A DNA stretch of 64,000 bases from assembly GCA_002633005.1 (NCBI GenBank), contig NMRA01000440.1, positions 1 to 64,000 of the forward strand, read 5' to 3'. The translations under genes and the position numbers were made by a program. Positions 1-21,074 of this stretch are shown here, in pieces. How positions within the stretch are numbered: position 1 is the first letter of the stretch; each line of letters opens with the position of its first letter. The notes under the pieces are model-generated. The model ran no database searches. It saw only the letters and a list, made by a program, of their open reading frames with translations, and was not told the origin of the DNA. This DNA is from Phoronis australis. Taxonomy: Eukaryota > Animalia > Phoronida.

Positions 1-180
1 GATGTATGTACACACGTGAATGAGATTGTCACTAGTCTGTCAGATGTATTTAAACACTTAAATAAGATTGTTACTAGTCTGCCTGATGTATGTACACACA
101 TGAATGAGTTCGTTACTGGTCTTTCTGATGTATGTACACACATGAATGAGATTGTCACTAGTCTGTCTGATGTATGTACT
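1..180. repeat. 42-bp tandem minisatellite, about 4 copies, truncated at window start
   Basis: Unit GATGTATGTACACACATGAATGAGATTGTCACTAGTCTGTCT recurs with a few substitutions; this explains the repetitive ORF 16..258. Confidence 0.9.
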
Positions 181-2125
181 TTTATGTATACATCACCTCC
201 AAAACTGGTGGTGCTGTTAATCTCACACAGTCATCAGAGACAAATGGATCATTTGTGAGTAAGTGTGTTGACCACTATGTGAACCATTCTAGTATTCAGG
301 CTATTAAAACTAGAATGAAGAGAGGAAACTTCTCCTTTAAGCACACTACTCCGAATGAAGTGGAAAAAGTTATCGAATGTCTCGATACAAATAAAACCTT
401 TGCTAGGGATCACATTCCAGCTAAGTTGCTTAAACCAGGTGGTAAATTTGTAAGTCATTATGTAGCTACTATTTTTAATCAGAGCATTGACACTGGTAAA
501 TTTCCGGACATAGCAAAACTTGCTGAAGCAGTGCCAAGTTTTAAAAAGGATAACAGACTGAAGATGGAAAATTACAGACCAGTGAGTATACTATCAGCTC
601 TTTCCGAGATTTTTTAGATACTTGTGTTAAACGCGTTTTAGATATTATATTAGATCCGCGGATTGCTGCCTATAGGAGCGGATATAGCTATCAATCAGTT
701 GTACTACGTGTCAGTGGTAGAGGATTGGATGTTGGCTGCTGAACAAAATCAGTGTGCTGAAGCAGTGTTCATGTATCTGAGTAAAGTGTCTCCCGCATCA
801 ACTCATGATTGCAAAATTAAGAGCGTATAGTGTGAGTGAACAGGCATGTGCCTTTTTATGGTCCTGTCAGGAAGGAAGCAGCGTGTTAGGCCGGATAGGT
901 GGAGTGTCTAGTGATTGGCTAGATATAGTCAAGTGCCACATGGATCCATCATGGGTCCAGGTCTGTTCCATATTTTTGTGAACGGTATCAGTGTCTTATT
1001 TACTGAGGTACATTTGTATAATTATGCTGATGACAACACTCTCTTAGCAAGTGCTCGCACAAGGGATGATATCATAGCCATACTGACATGTGGGTCTTCA
1101 AAAGTAGTTACGTGGTTTAAGTAAAATATGATGGAGGCAAATATATCAAAGTTTCATTCTGTATTTCTTCCTGACTCCAAAAATGTATCCAGGGCTGTTG
1201 TCGAGGTTGAAGGAGCCCAAATCATCAGTGAGGTGGACGTTAAATTCAGTACTTGTTGTCGTACTTGATGAGGACCTGAGTTTGACAACCATGTTAAAGT
1301 TTTATGCCGAAAGGCAAGAGCTCAGCTCAACGTTTTACAGCGTCTGGCTAGGACTCTAGACTTGAGTAGCCGGATGATGATTTTTCGATGTTCATTTTAT
1401 CTCCGTTTCTCTACCGTGCTTTACTGGCATTTTTGTGGACCAGTCCAATGTAGGGCCCTGCGGTTGGTATTTGATGATTTTTCTAACTCATATGAAACCC
1501 TATTACAGAGAGCTAATCTGCCTACTCTAGAGCTTTCAAAATTTTGAACCTCTTGTCACCCCTATTTCTGTAGGAGCTTCTCACAATTCACAGGATACTA
1601 TATAATTTGAGATCATCCTACAGGACAAACAGTTCCCAGTGAAGAACCACTCGTTATCGTCTGCCATCTTTCAGAGCCTATTTCTCTAATTTGTAGAACT
1701 CCTTATCAGAGGAAGTGAGATCGAGCTTACACTTAAAGACATTTGTGCAATATGCAAAGTTAAACACTTTCTTGATTCAAGCATAATCTCTCCTATGGTG
1801 GTAATTGTTTCAGGGGCGATCCTGGATTTTGAGTTGGGGGGCCAAGGCAGAGTATTAGCCAGGATTTAGCCCTTCAGACATTCGCATCCTGAACTGCCAA
1901 ATGTAATCTGGCAGAATTGTAGGGGGGCATGGCCCTCTTGGCCACCCCTTCTGAATCCGCCACTGTGTTTAGTTTAGTTAATCTTGTATATAGCGTTTTA
2001 ATATTTGTTTTAATTTCATATTCATTAATTTCATAACTTATGCATCTTATTTGTCGGTGTACTAGGCTGGCTAATGTTTTCTCTTGTTTTACTTGAACCG
2101 ACTATAAATTAACTGACTTGACTTG
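174..2125 (+). mobile_element. Decayed CR1/L2-clade LINE (RT region, 3' UTR and tail)
   Basis: Frameshifted RT motifs: NYRPVSILSALS (to 617), VPHGSIMGPGLF..YADDNTL (915-1124), C-terminal RALRLVF..SYETLLQRANLPTL. 3' stem-loop GTCGGT..ACCGAC and (GACTT)n tail near 2053-2125. Confidence 0.88.
1811..1965. mobile_element. MITE inserted in the LINE 3' UTR
   Basis: Termini CAGGGGCGATCCTGG / GAATCCGCCACTG; TGTTT on both sides (1806-1810, 1966-1970). Confidence 0.7.
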
Positions 2126-2671
2126 GCCTACTTTGGAGTTCGTCAGTGGTAACGGAGCGTTCACATTCTCAACGCACTTTTAGTATAAGACCATTACGGA
2201 CCTAACTGAAAAAGTACACTGAGTAATGTGACTTAAATTTGGCTTGCCAAGGCGGATCCCAAAATTCCGGTGGGGGTGCAATACTGCACATAATTTCGAA
2301 TTCCATTTCGAGTAAAAAGATTCGAGACTGGGCCGAGACCTCCGACAGTTCACTACTCTGACTGTGTGATCACGACTCATTCTCAAGCAGTGACAACATC
2401 TGGGGCACGGTTGCGGCGACCAACGGCGGTTTCAAATTTAGGAAGATTAAATGGGACTCCTTGATTTCGTGAGAACTGGCAGGGACAAGGTGGCCTACTA
2501 ACTTCATTTAGTTTCGACCCGGCTGTGTGCATCGCGCTGCGATTCGATCTTGACATGGATTTGATGAATTGTGTCATGGTTGATAATTCATCAGTATTCC
2601 TACTTCATATCATTTTAAAATACAAGCGCGTACTAATTTTAGACATGGGGGCAATTTCGCATGCATATGAT

Positions 2672-3557
2672 TGTCAGAATAAATATTGATTAAGTAATTA
2701 GTAAGAATAGATCCATTTTAAGTTGCCCAAAATTTGTGCATATGTACTTTTAAATCATGGGGACAGACTTGTTGACATGTATTTTAACGTCAAAATCTAT
2801 TTTTAGATGGTGTTTACAACTTTGGGTTCTGGGGTCAAAGTACTCTAGAGATTCTACAATATTCTGAGAACAAATTGTAACAGCCAATAATACGAGTGGA
2901 TATGATCATGTGTTTTTTATTAGCCAATCACTAAATAAGTAGAATGTTATATTATGGGTTGAAATCAACAAGATAATTAGATGCGCTAAAGTAGTTGAAG
3001 CGTAAAGACGTGCTACAGTGTACAGAGGCAATTGTACAAAAGAACCATCTCGTGGAAGATTCTAGAAAGGATCTCGGCAAGGGCAAGGGTTAACGAACAG
3101 GAAGTTAACTAAGAGCTTGTCACTTGCATTGTGGGTAGTAAGGTACTACCTGAAGTGTCATCAGCCAGAGACTGACCAGCAAGAAGAATCGCGGGTAGAA
3201 GAAATTGCTTGCAAGTGTTGCATCACCAGAGACGGTGACCAGCAAGTACACTGTCGCTATACAGTGTGTGTAGTTCGAAGATTCACCAACAGGACATCCA
3301 ACAAGTGGACAGTCCTAGCTTGGATAGCAGATAAGACATTTGATTGTTTTGGTTGTTTGATTAAAGTAATATTTAAAGAGGGCGCTAGCGTAGTTACCTT
3401 TAGTAGTTGATTACTTAATTAACAATAGGTTTCACTTGTCTAATTAGGGGTTATCATATAATAAATTAATTACTGGATTTGATTATTCATTCTCCATCTA
3501 CGCACAATCTCAAAGCATAGCTACCTTTTAAACAAACCTACAGTCAATCATCTGACA
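2672..3557 (+). mobile_element. Solo LTR, 886 bp, with 5-bp TSD
   Basis: Starts TGTCAGA and ends TCTGACA; flanked by ATGAT at 2667-2671 and 3558-3562; AATAAA near 3460 gives the orientation. Confidence 0.85.
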
Positions 3558-3930
3558 ATGATATCTGACTACGGTTTCTAGTTCTGGTGGCCAGCTGATT
3601 TGATAACTACAGCAATCGATCAATGTTCAGTGGATACCCCAGGCAACCCGCGATCATGAACGCACGGAAAGTGATCGAGAACGAAATTTGGCACGAGAAG
3701 CAAAGCCAGGCAAGGTGAGTGAATTTGATGAACTTGAGTTGTTTTCACTTCCAATGTGAAAACAGAGACATGAGTGCAGCTACAGCCGAGAAAGTGGCCT
3801 TTAGTCTCAGCATGTTCACAAATACAAACGAACCACATTCACTGAGCCTACATGCAATGCCCATCTACAAATTTTAATATTTTGGCAGTGCAAAGTGGCC
3901 GCGGCCGCAGCCTAACTATTCAGTGCCACC

Positions 3931-4226
3931 TAACCCTTGCCCTTGCCAAAATCCTTTCTAGAATCTTCCACGAGATGGCTCTGTCGTACAATTTCCTCTG
4001 TACACTGTAGCAAGTCTTTATGCTTCAACTACTATAGCTCATCTGAATTTCTTTTTGACTTTAAGCCCATACTATACTACTCTACTTATTTAGTGATTGG
4101 TTAATAAAAATCACGCGATCATATCCAATCATATCATTGGCTGTTACAGTTTGTTCTCAGAATTTTCTAGAATCTCTAGAGTACTTTGACCCCAGAACCC
4201 AAAGTTGTAAACACCATTTAAAAATA
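3931..4226 (-). repeat. Inverted partial copy of the solo LTR (matches about 2798-3092)
   Basis: TAACCCTTGCCCTTGCC...CCCAGAACCCAAAGTTGTAAACACC is the diverged reverse complement of 2798-3092. Confidence 0.9.
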
Positions 4227-4515
4227 CTAAGTCGATTTCTTAGTTCCCGAACGAAGCTCTACAACATACGTACACATACTTTTTGTGACATGCAGCAGTT
4301 GTACTTCTCTTTTTTGAAGGCGTGGACCTTAACATACTGAAGGACTCGCCTTGTGGCTACAGTTCAACTGAAAAAAATCAAACGCATGTAGTTATATTTG
4401 TTAGGGTAAATCTCACGAAGAAATCATAAAAAATGGTGAAATATAATTTACAATAAACACATCAACTACTTCAAGGTCCGTATTATTCTAAAATTATTGA
4501 CATAACACCGTAACT

Positions 4516-5719
4516 CAGTGGCGGATCTAGGATATCACAAGGGGGGCCAACATTTTATCGGTAAGCATTTGCGCAAACCACGATTGTAGATGCGCATAGC
4601 ACCGAATGGGGAGAGGTCGGCAGGGNNNNNNNNNNNNNNNNNNNNNNNNNNNNNNNNNNNNNNNNNNNNNNNNNNNNNNNNNNNNNNNNNNNNNNNNNNN
4701 NNNNNNNNNNNNNNNNNNNNNNNNNNNNNNNNNNNNNNNNNNNNNNNNNNNNNNNNNNNNNNNNNNNNNNNNNNNNNNNNNNNNNNNNNNNNNNNNNNNN
4801 NNNNNNNNNNNNNNNNNNNNNNNNNNNNNNNNNNNNNNNNNNNNNNNNNNNNNNNNNNNNNNNNNNNNNNNNNNNNNNNNNNNNNNNNNNNNNNNNNNNN
4901 NNNNNNNNNNNNNNNNNNNNNNNNNNNNNNNNNNNNNNNNNNNNNNNNNNNNNNNNNNNNNNNNNNNNNNNNNNNNNNNNNNNNNNNNNNNNNNNNNNNN
5001 NNNNNNNNNNNNNNNNNNNNNNNNNNNNNNNNNNNNNNNNNNNNNNNNNNNNNNNNNNNNNNNNNNNNNNNNNNNNNNNNNNNNNNNNNNNNNNNNNNNN
5101 NNNNNNNNNNNNNNNNNNNNNNNNNNNNNNNNNNNNNNNNNNNNNNNNNNNNNNNNNNNNNNNNNNNNNNNNNNNNNNNNNNNNNNNNNNNNNNNNNNNN
5201 NNNNNNNNNNNNNNNNNNNNNNNNNNNNNNNNNNNNNNNNNNNNNNNNNNNNNNNNNNNNNNNNNNNNNNNNNNNNNNNNNNNNNNNNNNNNNNNNNNNN
5301 NNNNNNNNNNNNNNNNNNNNNNNNNNNNNNNNNNNNNNNNNNNNNNNNNNNNNNNNNNNNNNNNNNNNNNNNNNNNNNNNNNNNNNNNNNNNNNNNNNNN
5401 NNNNNNNNNNNNNNNNNNNNNNNNNNNNNNNNNNNNNNNNNNNNNNNNNNNNNNNNNNNNNNNNNNNNNNNNNNNNNNNNNNNNNNNNNNNNNNNNNNNN
5501 NNNNNNNNNNNNNNNNNNNNNNNNNNNNNNNNNNNNNNNNNNNNNNNNNNNNNNNNNNNCGTCCCCAACACTAAAACAGCACGCATTTAAATCTTGTTTC
5601 ATCCGTATAATTTTAATTACCGGGGTTAATTAATAAACTCAACATATCCATACGCTCTTGCTGTTTTACTTTTTTGCAGCAGCCAAGGGGGGGCCTGTCC
5701 CCCCCTAAATCCGCCTATG
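4516..5719. mobile_element. MITE-like element spanning the assembly gap
   Basis: Left end CAGTGGCGGATCTAGG, right end CCCCTAAATCCGCCTATG; same terminus type as 1811-1965. Interior is mostly N, so the ends could belong to two elements. Confidence 0.5.
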
Positions 5720-7102
5720 GTACCTTGAACGATAATTCAGGCCAATGCAGAGCAAAAATATGTGCGTTCACGATCGCTTTATTGCGTTCACTATCACCAT
5801 AAAGATTTTACGACTTCGTTACCGGTCGCCGTCTCGCACAAAGACATGCATGTATAGGTAGGCTAAATATCACGAATTGTTTCACAAATCATAACTTACA
5901 AATTGGTGTCACCAGGGACGAATAAACTATAAACGTCACATGTCTCTTCTTAATAACCTTGAAATTGCTAACGAAGTAGAAATTGTCGATTTTATGAGGC
6001 AAGCCTTTTTACCGAAAGCCATTGCCTTCTGCGCCCTTTATTTTAAAAATAAGCAAAAGCCAAGTGTTATTTCTGATCCACAATTAAAGGCTACACTCTG
6101 ACGCTTTTCTGTATGTCGCATTCATTCGTACCAAACCAGCCTCTATTTAAGAAGAAAATGACAAACTCGATCACCGGGTACATCACTGTCGTCTGCCATT
6201 TTGGTTTAAGGTCTAGTTCTCGGTCGCCTTTCGGGCGGTCTTGATCGCGGGTTGGCCGGGGCGGTGGAGCAGACAGCCGGGAATTCACAGTGCAAACTGT
6301 CGCTGCTAGTCTGAGGGTCACAAGCTCTACTATACATTGGTCACGTGCGGGAGTTGGCATTGCAGGGCTAGAGTTCTATGCTAAAATATATTTGAAGACT
6401 TCATATGAGAGGCTAAACAATTAGTTCTCAAAATCCTAACCTTAGGAGCATTTGTTTGACTAAGCAAGGTAACTGAGGGTATCGTGCATCTAAAGCGACA
6501 AAAGGCAGACTAGAGTTATCTGCATTGAAGCCTGTCAAATTTCATTTCCCCCGTACTTGAGAACCTTGTCTTATAACACATTATTACATAGGTTAGTTTT
6601 GACCTAGATACTGTGTAACTATAATATCTTTGTCGCGACACCGGTCTGGTCTGCCGAGGTTTATGCAACACAGAGTCTCACACGGGGTTAATATTGCTCA
6701 CATGCGCAGGGCACAGCCTGTGCCCTTGAACTTTACTCCAGTCGGACTGGAGTAAAGTTCAAGTAAAATATTAATGGCTGAAGTGCAAACAACGACGTTA
6801 TTAGCATGACTGGTGGGCAAACACTAATATTCAGTTGATCTGATAAGGAAGCCTGGTCAGACGACAGGACATAAAAACTGCGCCTGGTGTGTGAGTAGTG
6901 TCGATCTTCATTGACAGAGAAATCGTTCGTGCGTAAACGGTAAGTCTCCGCACGCGTCAGGTGTGCATCCTGCTGTGTTGCGTAATATGAAGGTTCTGCG
7001 ATAGCACACGTCAGCTGTGCACCCTGCTGTGTTTGAATAATATGAAGGTTCTGCCACAAGAGTAAGACTCGCAGAACTAGAGTTGTTACGATAGCTTGTG
7101 TA

Positions 7103-7104
<2 letters not shown>

Positions 7105-7136
<32 letters not shown>

Positions 7137-7146
7137 CGTGCGCGTG
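7105..7146. repeat. (TG)n/(TGCG)n microsatellite
   Basis: Directly visible dinucleotide run. Confidence 0.95.
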
Positions 7147-7501
7147 CATGCGTGTACACAAATAAATACACGAGTAGTTTTTTCGAAAGTATCGTAAACA
7201 CACCTGTTAGTATAGCTGAGCATCTGATTTGTAATTGGAGAACAAACACTGAGAAACCCAATGTCCGTAAAATGCTGTAACATGATTTGAACACCCAAAA
7301 TTGCCATGTTGATTGGTTGTCGATAGTGGCTCTAAGGAACTGGAGCTGAAAAGATATCAGAAGCGAAAATATCGGCAACTAACCTGGGAGGGCCACGGGT
7401 CCTTGCATACAAAGAGCGGACAGTGTAATTGTCGAGTTTGTTGACAAATAAAAATAGCAAAATGAAAACGAAGCTATGAAACTGGACTTGATTTGACAAC
7501 T

Positions 7502-7988
7502 GCCCCCAGTGGAGGCCCTGAGAACTCGTAAATAAACCGAGTTCATGAACCCGGTAGTATCCAGCCTAGCCGACTGAGCCAAGCTGGCGAACAGACTTGT
7601 ATTTATTGTGGGACGTTGAGTATCGCTTTTTTCTAAAAACATAATGCATGGTATATAATAATGAATGGTGTATAGTACGTATTAATTATGATTGAAAGAT
7701 TCCTTTTTAGTCGAGCGTAAACGAGGCTATTTCGCGTGGGGATAAAACTTTGGCTTTGCCGGCGTGTGTAACACAGAAGAACAGTTGGATCGTGTTGCAG
7801 GATAGCTAGAATGAATATTCCAATGTTCTTAATTTATTGGAACAATATTGATTTTCTGAGAAGTATGACATGCAACATTATTTAAAAAACACACTAAAAC
7901 ATAGCGACTCTGGAAAAATCATAAAAAATACTTTAACCACAGTCGCCAACATGCTTGTTTACGAGTTCTCAGGGCCTCCACTGGGGGG
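7502..7988. repeat. Inverted repeat pair of about 31 bp, possible MITE
   Basis: CCCCCAGTGGAGGCCCTGAGAACTCGTAAA at about 7503 and its reverse complement TTTACGAGTTCTCAGGGCCTCCACTGGGGG at about 7958; no clear TSD. Confidence 0.6.
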
Positions 7989-8379
7989 CGCCAGTATGCT
8001 TGTGACGTCAGTGGACAAAAGGGGAATTGGCCAACATTCACCATTCTGCTGCTCTAACACACGAATGCATGGGCCACGTACGAGAGGTGACATTTCATGC
8101 CTAGAGTTTTGTGATGTGTGCTAGTGTTCTTAGAAAGTTAGGTATCTCAAACTCAAACATGTTCACAATTCCCGATGAACCTGTAGTGTGTGTAGAGCAC
8201 CCCAAAAGAGGCACGGTTGGTCCAAAAACTAATGGAGCGAGAACCTGACCGGCAATCGGAAGGTCAGTGCCTTCACAGCTTCATTTTGATTTGTTGTGTT
8301 TTAATAACAAATCAACTCATTCAACTTCATTTCAGGGTATTGACCCAGGTTATTGCCGGGACTTTCGACTTTCGAACAT

Positions 8380-9145
8380 TGGGACAATAACGTCTTTAGT
8401 CCGGTTTTAGAACATCTCATTCTATTGAAACATATCTTATTGACATAAATGACCATATCAGAAAAGAATTGAAATTACACAGGAATGCTCCTACTCGATC
8501 TGTAAAAAGCATTCGACATTGTCGACCACGAAATACTAGCCCAACAGCTTACAGCACTCAATCTCGAGAAAACTACTCTGGACTTGTTTTTAAATTATTG
8601 ACATGGTCGCACGCAAAGTGTTTCACTTGATAAAACTCTTTCTGGTCACCTGTGGAGTTCCTCATGGTCAGTTCTGGGACCCTTGGTTGTCATTATTTAT
8701 GTTAATGACATGCACTAGGCTGCCGATTGTAAACTTTTTCTCTACACTGATGATTACTTTACCCTGCTAAGAATCCCACTGACAGTGATGATCGTCTAAC
8801 CAGTGAGCTTCGCAAACTACGCATCTGGGCTCAGTTGCATAAAAGTTATACGCTGTATAGCAACAATGACGTGGCATTATCACGCTCGTGGATTTTGTAG
8901 AATTATCACCCTCGGAGCTAACGCCCCTCGGGCGATAATTCTCCAAAATTCACTCGGGCTCTAGATAACGGGGGACAACGACTTCACCATCGCCATGTAA
9001 TAATCTATATATATTTACGTATGTAGTACCTGATTTGCTTATTTACTGATGATTGTCTTTTGTCTTTCATCGGTTTTAAATTTGTTTTTCATCTTTTTTA
9101 CGGATCATAATAGAAATAAGTCTTTGAGACTTTTTATGTTATCCG
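8380..9145 (+). mobile_element. Decayed L2/Crack-type LINE fragment (RT core and 3' end)
   Basis: Translates as SGFRTSHS..GMLLLDL*KAFDIVDHEIL..SVLGP..YVNDM..YTDD with stops; 3' end GGATCATAATAGAAATAAGTC..GACTTTTTATGTTATCC resembles L2/Crack tails. Confidence 0.75.
8870..9012 (-). repeat. Partial inverted copy of the hairpin at 10011-10180
   Basis: GCTCTAGATAACGGGGGACAACGACTTC..CATGTAATAATCTATAT is the reverse complement of the 10011-10060 arm; the central GGGCGATAATTCTCCAAAAT also matches. Confidence 0.85.
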
Positions 9146-9438
9146 TGTCTGGCACTTGTACTTTTTTGTCTTGTTTTGTGTTTTTCTTTTATTTGTCTGT
9201 ACTTGTGTGATTCTAATCATTTTATTATTATAATATATAAGTTCAATCGGCTTAAATATTGCGTAAAAGTTGAATTTTAAAGCGGCAATAAACCCGTCGT
9301 CTATAAAAAATGCGTACAACACAGCTCTTTAAATTGGCTTGTCATTGGGTACCATTTTATGCGCCGAACATGTTCTCAACCGTTATGATAGGTAAAGAAA
9401 CGTATATGTTGATTACTTTGAACAGATAGATAACCAAG

Positions 9439-16541
<7,103 letters not shown>

Positions 16542-16592
16542 ACATTGACGATAAAAACACGTTTCATTTTGTCTGATTTGATGGGCACATTG

Positions 16593-16821
16593 GCATGCGC
16601 GCACCCGGGGGGGCTCGAAGGAGCCCCCCATTTGGCGAAGTGAGCAAAAAGGTCCGCCTCTGAAAGACAAAAAGTCCGAGAAAATGAGGCACAAGTCCAT
16701 TAAACATGCGCAAACGCGTAATTCACGTAATTTTTTTTTAGTCCGCTTACTTTTTTGTTACCAAGAGGTCCACAAAGTCAGGAATTCGAGTCCCCCATAT
16801 TGAATGCTGGGTGCGCGCATG
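16593..16821. mobile_element. MITE, CATGCGCGCACCC terminal inverted repeat, about 50 bp past the SULT stop
   Basis: Termini CATGCGCGCACCC / GGGTGCGCGCATG; homologous copy at 25953-26178. Confidence 0.8.
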
Positions 16822-18249
16822 GTCCTAACTGTTAGTAGTCTTTGACAAATTCTTCAATTATCGGATGACCTGGCTATCTTTTTTCAGTGGTGGAAAACGC
16901 CAATGGGTTGTCCACTATATAAATTCCTCGTTTACATAACCTGCCAGAGGCGATAAGACACTGATTCGTCGTAGGAATATCATTAATAATCCCTAATAAG
17001 TTTTAGCACAAATAACGATTACTGAAAGGGAATAGAGTGTTAGAGATAATTAGAGCTGAGTCACTTACATGGTTTATTGACGACATCGCCGGGGTAGTTA
17101 CAGTTTGAGTTAATAGGATGCTAAACATTGTTTTTGCGATTTCACCTAATTCTGACTCTGTCGGCTGATGTTATACAATTAATGCTTCTCGTGAGTTATC
17201 AAATCACCATTTAGGTAAAACCGTCCTGTCTTGGACAACTCCGCTACCGTCTGTTAACAGTTGATCGCAGGAAAGAGTTGTGACAGCGACATTATTTGAA
17301 ATGATATTCTATGGCTGCACTCCACTAAGATTACACTTCATTTAGTGTCAGAAACTGGAGATTACAAATCCTCCTATTACCGAAGTTTAATTTTTAGATG
17401 ACCTGTGTCAAGAACTTGGGGGTCTTCGGAAAATGCTCCAAAAACGGGGTTATTAGGCCCTGAAGATAAATTAATCAGGCCCGTAGCCACCATTGGGCGG
17501 GGGGTGGTTCGAATTTTTAGAATGGACCTTTCGCAAGCGTCAACACTCGAGCTCTTGGTAAGGCGCTTGACGCAGGTTAATTATGGGGAAGGGAATCTGT
17601 ATCCACGGCAACGATGGCTCTCAGCTCTATGTTCCTGAGATAAGACGGTATTTGTAATACCAGAAATGAGGATGTCGTGACGGTTGCTCGCAAACAACAG
17701 TAATCAAATTCGGACGTAATGTGATCCATAAATGTAGACTAACGTTCTCGCCATAGCGTGAACAATGCGCTAACAATCACCGCCCTTCCTTCCGAGCGGC
17801 TTTTTTCACCAGGATCAAAAAGAGTGCGGCGCCCGTGTCGATATGGTTGTTTTGACCGCAAGACCCAATTAAGTCTAATTACCCGACCATAAACTGTCGT
17901 AAGCATCACTGCCTGTACATAATGGAGAATTTTCAAACTGCATTTATAAATAATTTTTGTTAAAAACGAATACCACGGCGGTATTCAGCTGGAAAAACAA
18001 CCAAGTAAGGTTTTGGATTTTCAAAGATCGAACTTAAAAGCTTAAAACTACAAACATTGGGTACGATTGAAGATAAACGACCAAGCGCATCGATACAATC
18101 GGGGCATTTACAAACGCTGATCAGATTTAACAATATATCACGTGGATTATTCTTTTAATATTCTTTCAGTCTCGTTTCACTAGATTTTTGACAGTTCAAT
18201 TTAACTTGTGCCCACTCTATATTTTTATGGCTGACAAAAACCTAGAATA

Positions 18250-18463
18250 GTTATGTAGTTTTTTAATTGAATATAATAGGTACGGTACAAGTCACACAAT
18301 TACAGTCAAGGAACAGTTAACGTGTTAACTTACAGGTCTGATATGTTCAAAGGTAATTTGACATTGGAAAAGAAAAAAACACAGTAGAGGCTATGATTCA
18401 TTCAGAATAAGCAAACAAGGTCAAGACCTTGCCAGCGCTCTATAAATTCACCATACTTCATTT

Positions 18464-18501
<38 letters not shown>

Positions 18502-18910
18502 TCTGTCTGTGTGTGTNTAAACATTATAAGGCAGGGATATTTGCACTTTAATCTTTGTTTATAAATGTGGTACATTCCGAGGCAAAGAACCATACTTTGT
18601 AAAACTGCTTCCACCTGAACACCAAACAGAACTGATTGTATACACAGTTCTAAATTATGTCCTACAGCATCATAGAGCCAGTTATTTACATTAGTCCAAA
18701 ACTGCTGAGTAACGTTACAAGACCAGTACACATGGACAATAGATTCAATTTCATTTAAGCAAAAAGTGCACAATGAGCTCTCAATTACGCCAATCTTGTA
18801 TAAAAATTCATTACAGGATATAATTCTATGAACTAGCCTAAACTGGAACTATCTCGGAGAAACATCTTCGGTGAATGAATAGATGTAAGAGAAAACATTG
18901 TACCACCATA
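18250..18910 (-). mobile_element. L1/Tx1-clade LINE 3' fragment (zf-RVT region)
   Basis: Minus-strand QFRLVHRII.CNEFLYKIGVIESSLCTFCLNEIESIVHVYWSC..FW (CxxC..H..C knuckle), with A-rich tail near 18260; interrupted by (TG)n at about 18468-18516. Confidence 0.8.
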
Positions 18911-21074
18911 GTTATGTAGTTAGTGCAACCGAAAACGTCCAGAGATTCCAAATCTTCAGCTTGGCTATCACCATTTGCAATTTTGTATATATTTTATGAT
19001 TTGAGTTCTAATGAAGATTAAACTTGAACTAATGACGCGTGTGGTTTTGTTCGCTGTGAAATGTTTAATATAGCTGTAATCTGGAAAGTTAAGGGATGGG
19101 TTCACAATTAGCTAAACTAATTAAGTTTCGCTAGCGATCAAATCTACTAGTGTTTTTGATACTTCAACTTTAAAAATAAAATAAAAAGATATCAACCCGT
19201 TCCTGGTAAGAAAAAAAAACAACGAGTATTAAAATGAAATAACAAAAACCGGTATGAAACATATTTAAAACCATCGTTCCTGTGGGAAGTTGCCTATGGT
19301 CAAGATAAACACAAATTAACTTTTTTAGTCATTTTGTAATATTAAAAATGTACCAAGTTAAAACTGCTCTCTGTAGAGTGCAGGCTGTAACCTTATGCAA
19401 ATGCCATAGAAAACCAATTTGGGTATACTAACAACCATCATCTTTGAGACAGTGGTGCTAGCTATTAACTTTCGACTTCATTAGCTCAGATCTACGTCAA
19501 TACAAAGGGCGAGCTGAATAGGCATCATGAAAATTGTCTGGGGCTAAGGGAATTTGAGCGGTAACCAGTTTAAGCGAGAAGTTGTCCACGTGGCGTGAGG
19601 CCTACCTACTGCCAAACTTTCAAATCAGGCTTTTTAACTGAGTGATTACACCTCATCACATACTCCGATGGAAATATTTAGTCAGAGAATGGCTTGACGT
19701 AATTTTTCATCTGATTGTATTTTTGTTAAAAGTTGCTTACATCGCTGAAAATGGGATTAACACACCACTATTCCGGAAACGCACAGACGTGTACGCGCAT
19801 GCATGTCAATCTACCAATCCACAATCGAATTGGACACTGGATGAAAAACAAACCTGTGTTTGACGAGCACTTCGATTCCAAATTTGAAAACGCCTGCCCT
19901 TTACCGTACTATGTTAGCAAGCAATATCAGATAACAAACCTATTTTCTGCTGTTTTGTTACTTGGTCGATTTTAAGGCATTCACACCGCACTGTGACTTT
20001 TTGGGAGCTCTCTCGCTACTGTATTAGCTTAGCTAGGTTTAGACATTAACTTCTAGGCTCCCTTATTACTGTACGGTGTAACTGTGATGTATGAATGATT
20101 TAGTTTACGTCATGTACTATTTTTAGAGAACACGTGTTATGTTTAACCACCACATATGTTTAATGCAGATGAGTATAAAGCCTCCTCCAATCGTCTGCAC
20201 GATCCTGTCATCTACGCAAATACCACTTGGGCGAAATTGGCCGGGTACGGCCCGATGATTACTTGAAGCGCTTTAAATAAGTAGCAAATTCAAAATTATT
20301 GCTAACTTAGTTTTGCATTGTAGTTAGTAGTACCAGTACCTGCTACAATTTTGTTGTTGTCCATCTGTATCCTATCTTTAACGTACAGGCTGGGGCTGGA
20401 CCTTTTCAGCGGAAAAGAGAAAAGAAACTCAGTCGTGGACTGAAAGAAACATCTCTTTGATTTATCCAAAGCGTAAGTAACGCTTTCCGATTGAGTACAC
20501 TTTGTAGGGAGTTTTCAAATTTGTTTTCGAGCTGTTGCGGACCACGATGGATATAAGTTTTTTACTTTTTCGGTTCATCCGTACATAAATTGTTCTTTTT
20601 AATTTATTTTCTACTTCTACCATTGCCTTATTTGTCTGAATGAATGTCTTTCTTAGTGTGGTGTATTATTTTATAAACCGTTGTTATTACTAAATAAATC
20701 AACCTAGGAATCAATATTGTTTCCCAAAATCAACTAATCAATTTTGTGGGACAACGCAGACTGCAGAGCCTTATTTTATCATAATTACTTAAATGGTCTA
20801 GTGGTAGTTATCACTGTTGTTGGCTTAGTATCCTTTTAATACAATCATATACTTGCTTTTGATGAGGTAGTCTGCATCAAATTCCTGAAAATTACAAAGT
20901 GCACGCACACTATATCGTCCTAAAACTTCCTACAGTTGTTATCATGAAAACAAAATTTACATAAGGCTCACATATCTAACATAAACTCGTGACAATATAA
21001 AATGGCAGATTTTCGTCATTTACGTAGCACTCACATACATAAACTCGTAACATTACAAAACGGCTGATTTTCGT

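Noticed and set aside
4535-5633. Long ORFs (322-355 aa) in the ORF track
   Set aside because: They run through the N gap 4626-5559 and are artefacts.
6733-7378. 156-aa ORFs with THTHTH runs
   Set aside because: Produced by the (CA)n microsatellite; no domain features.
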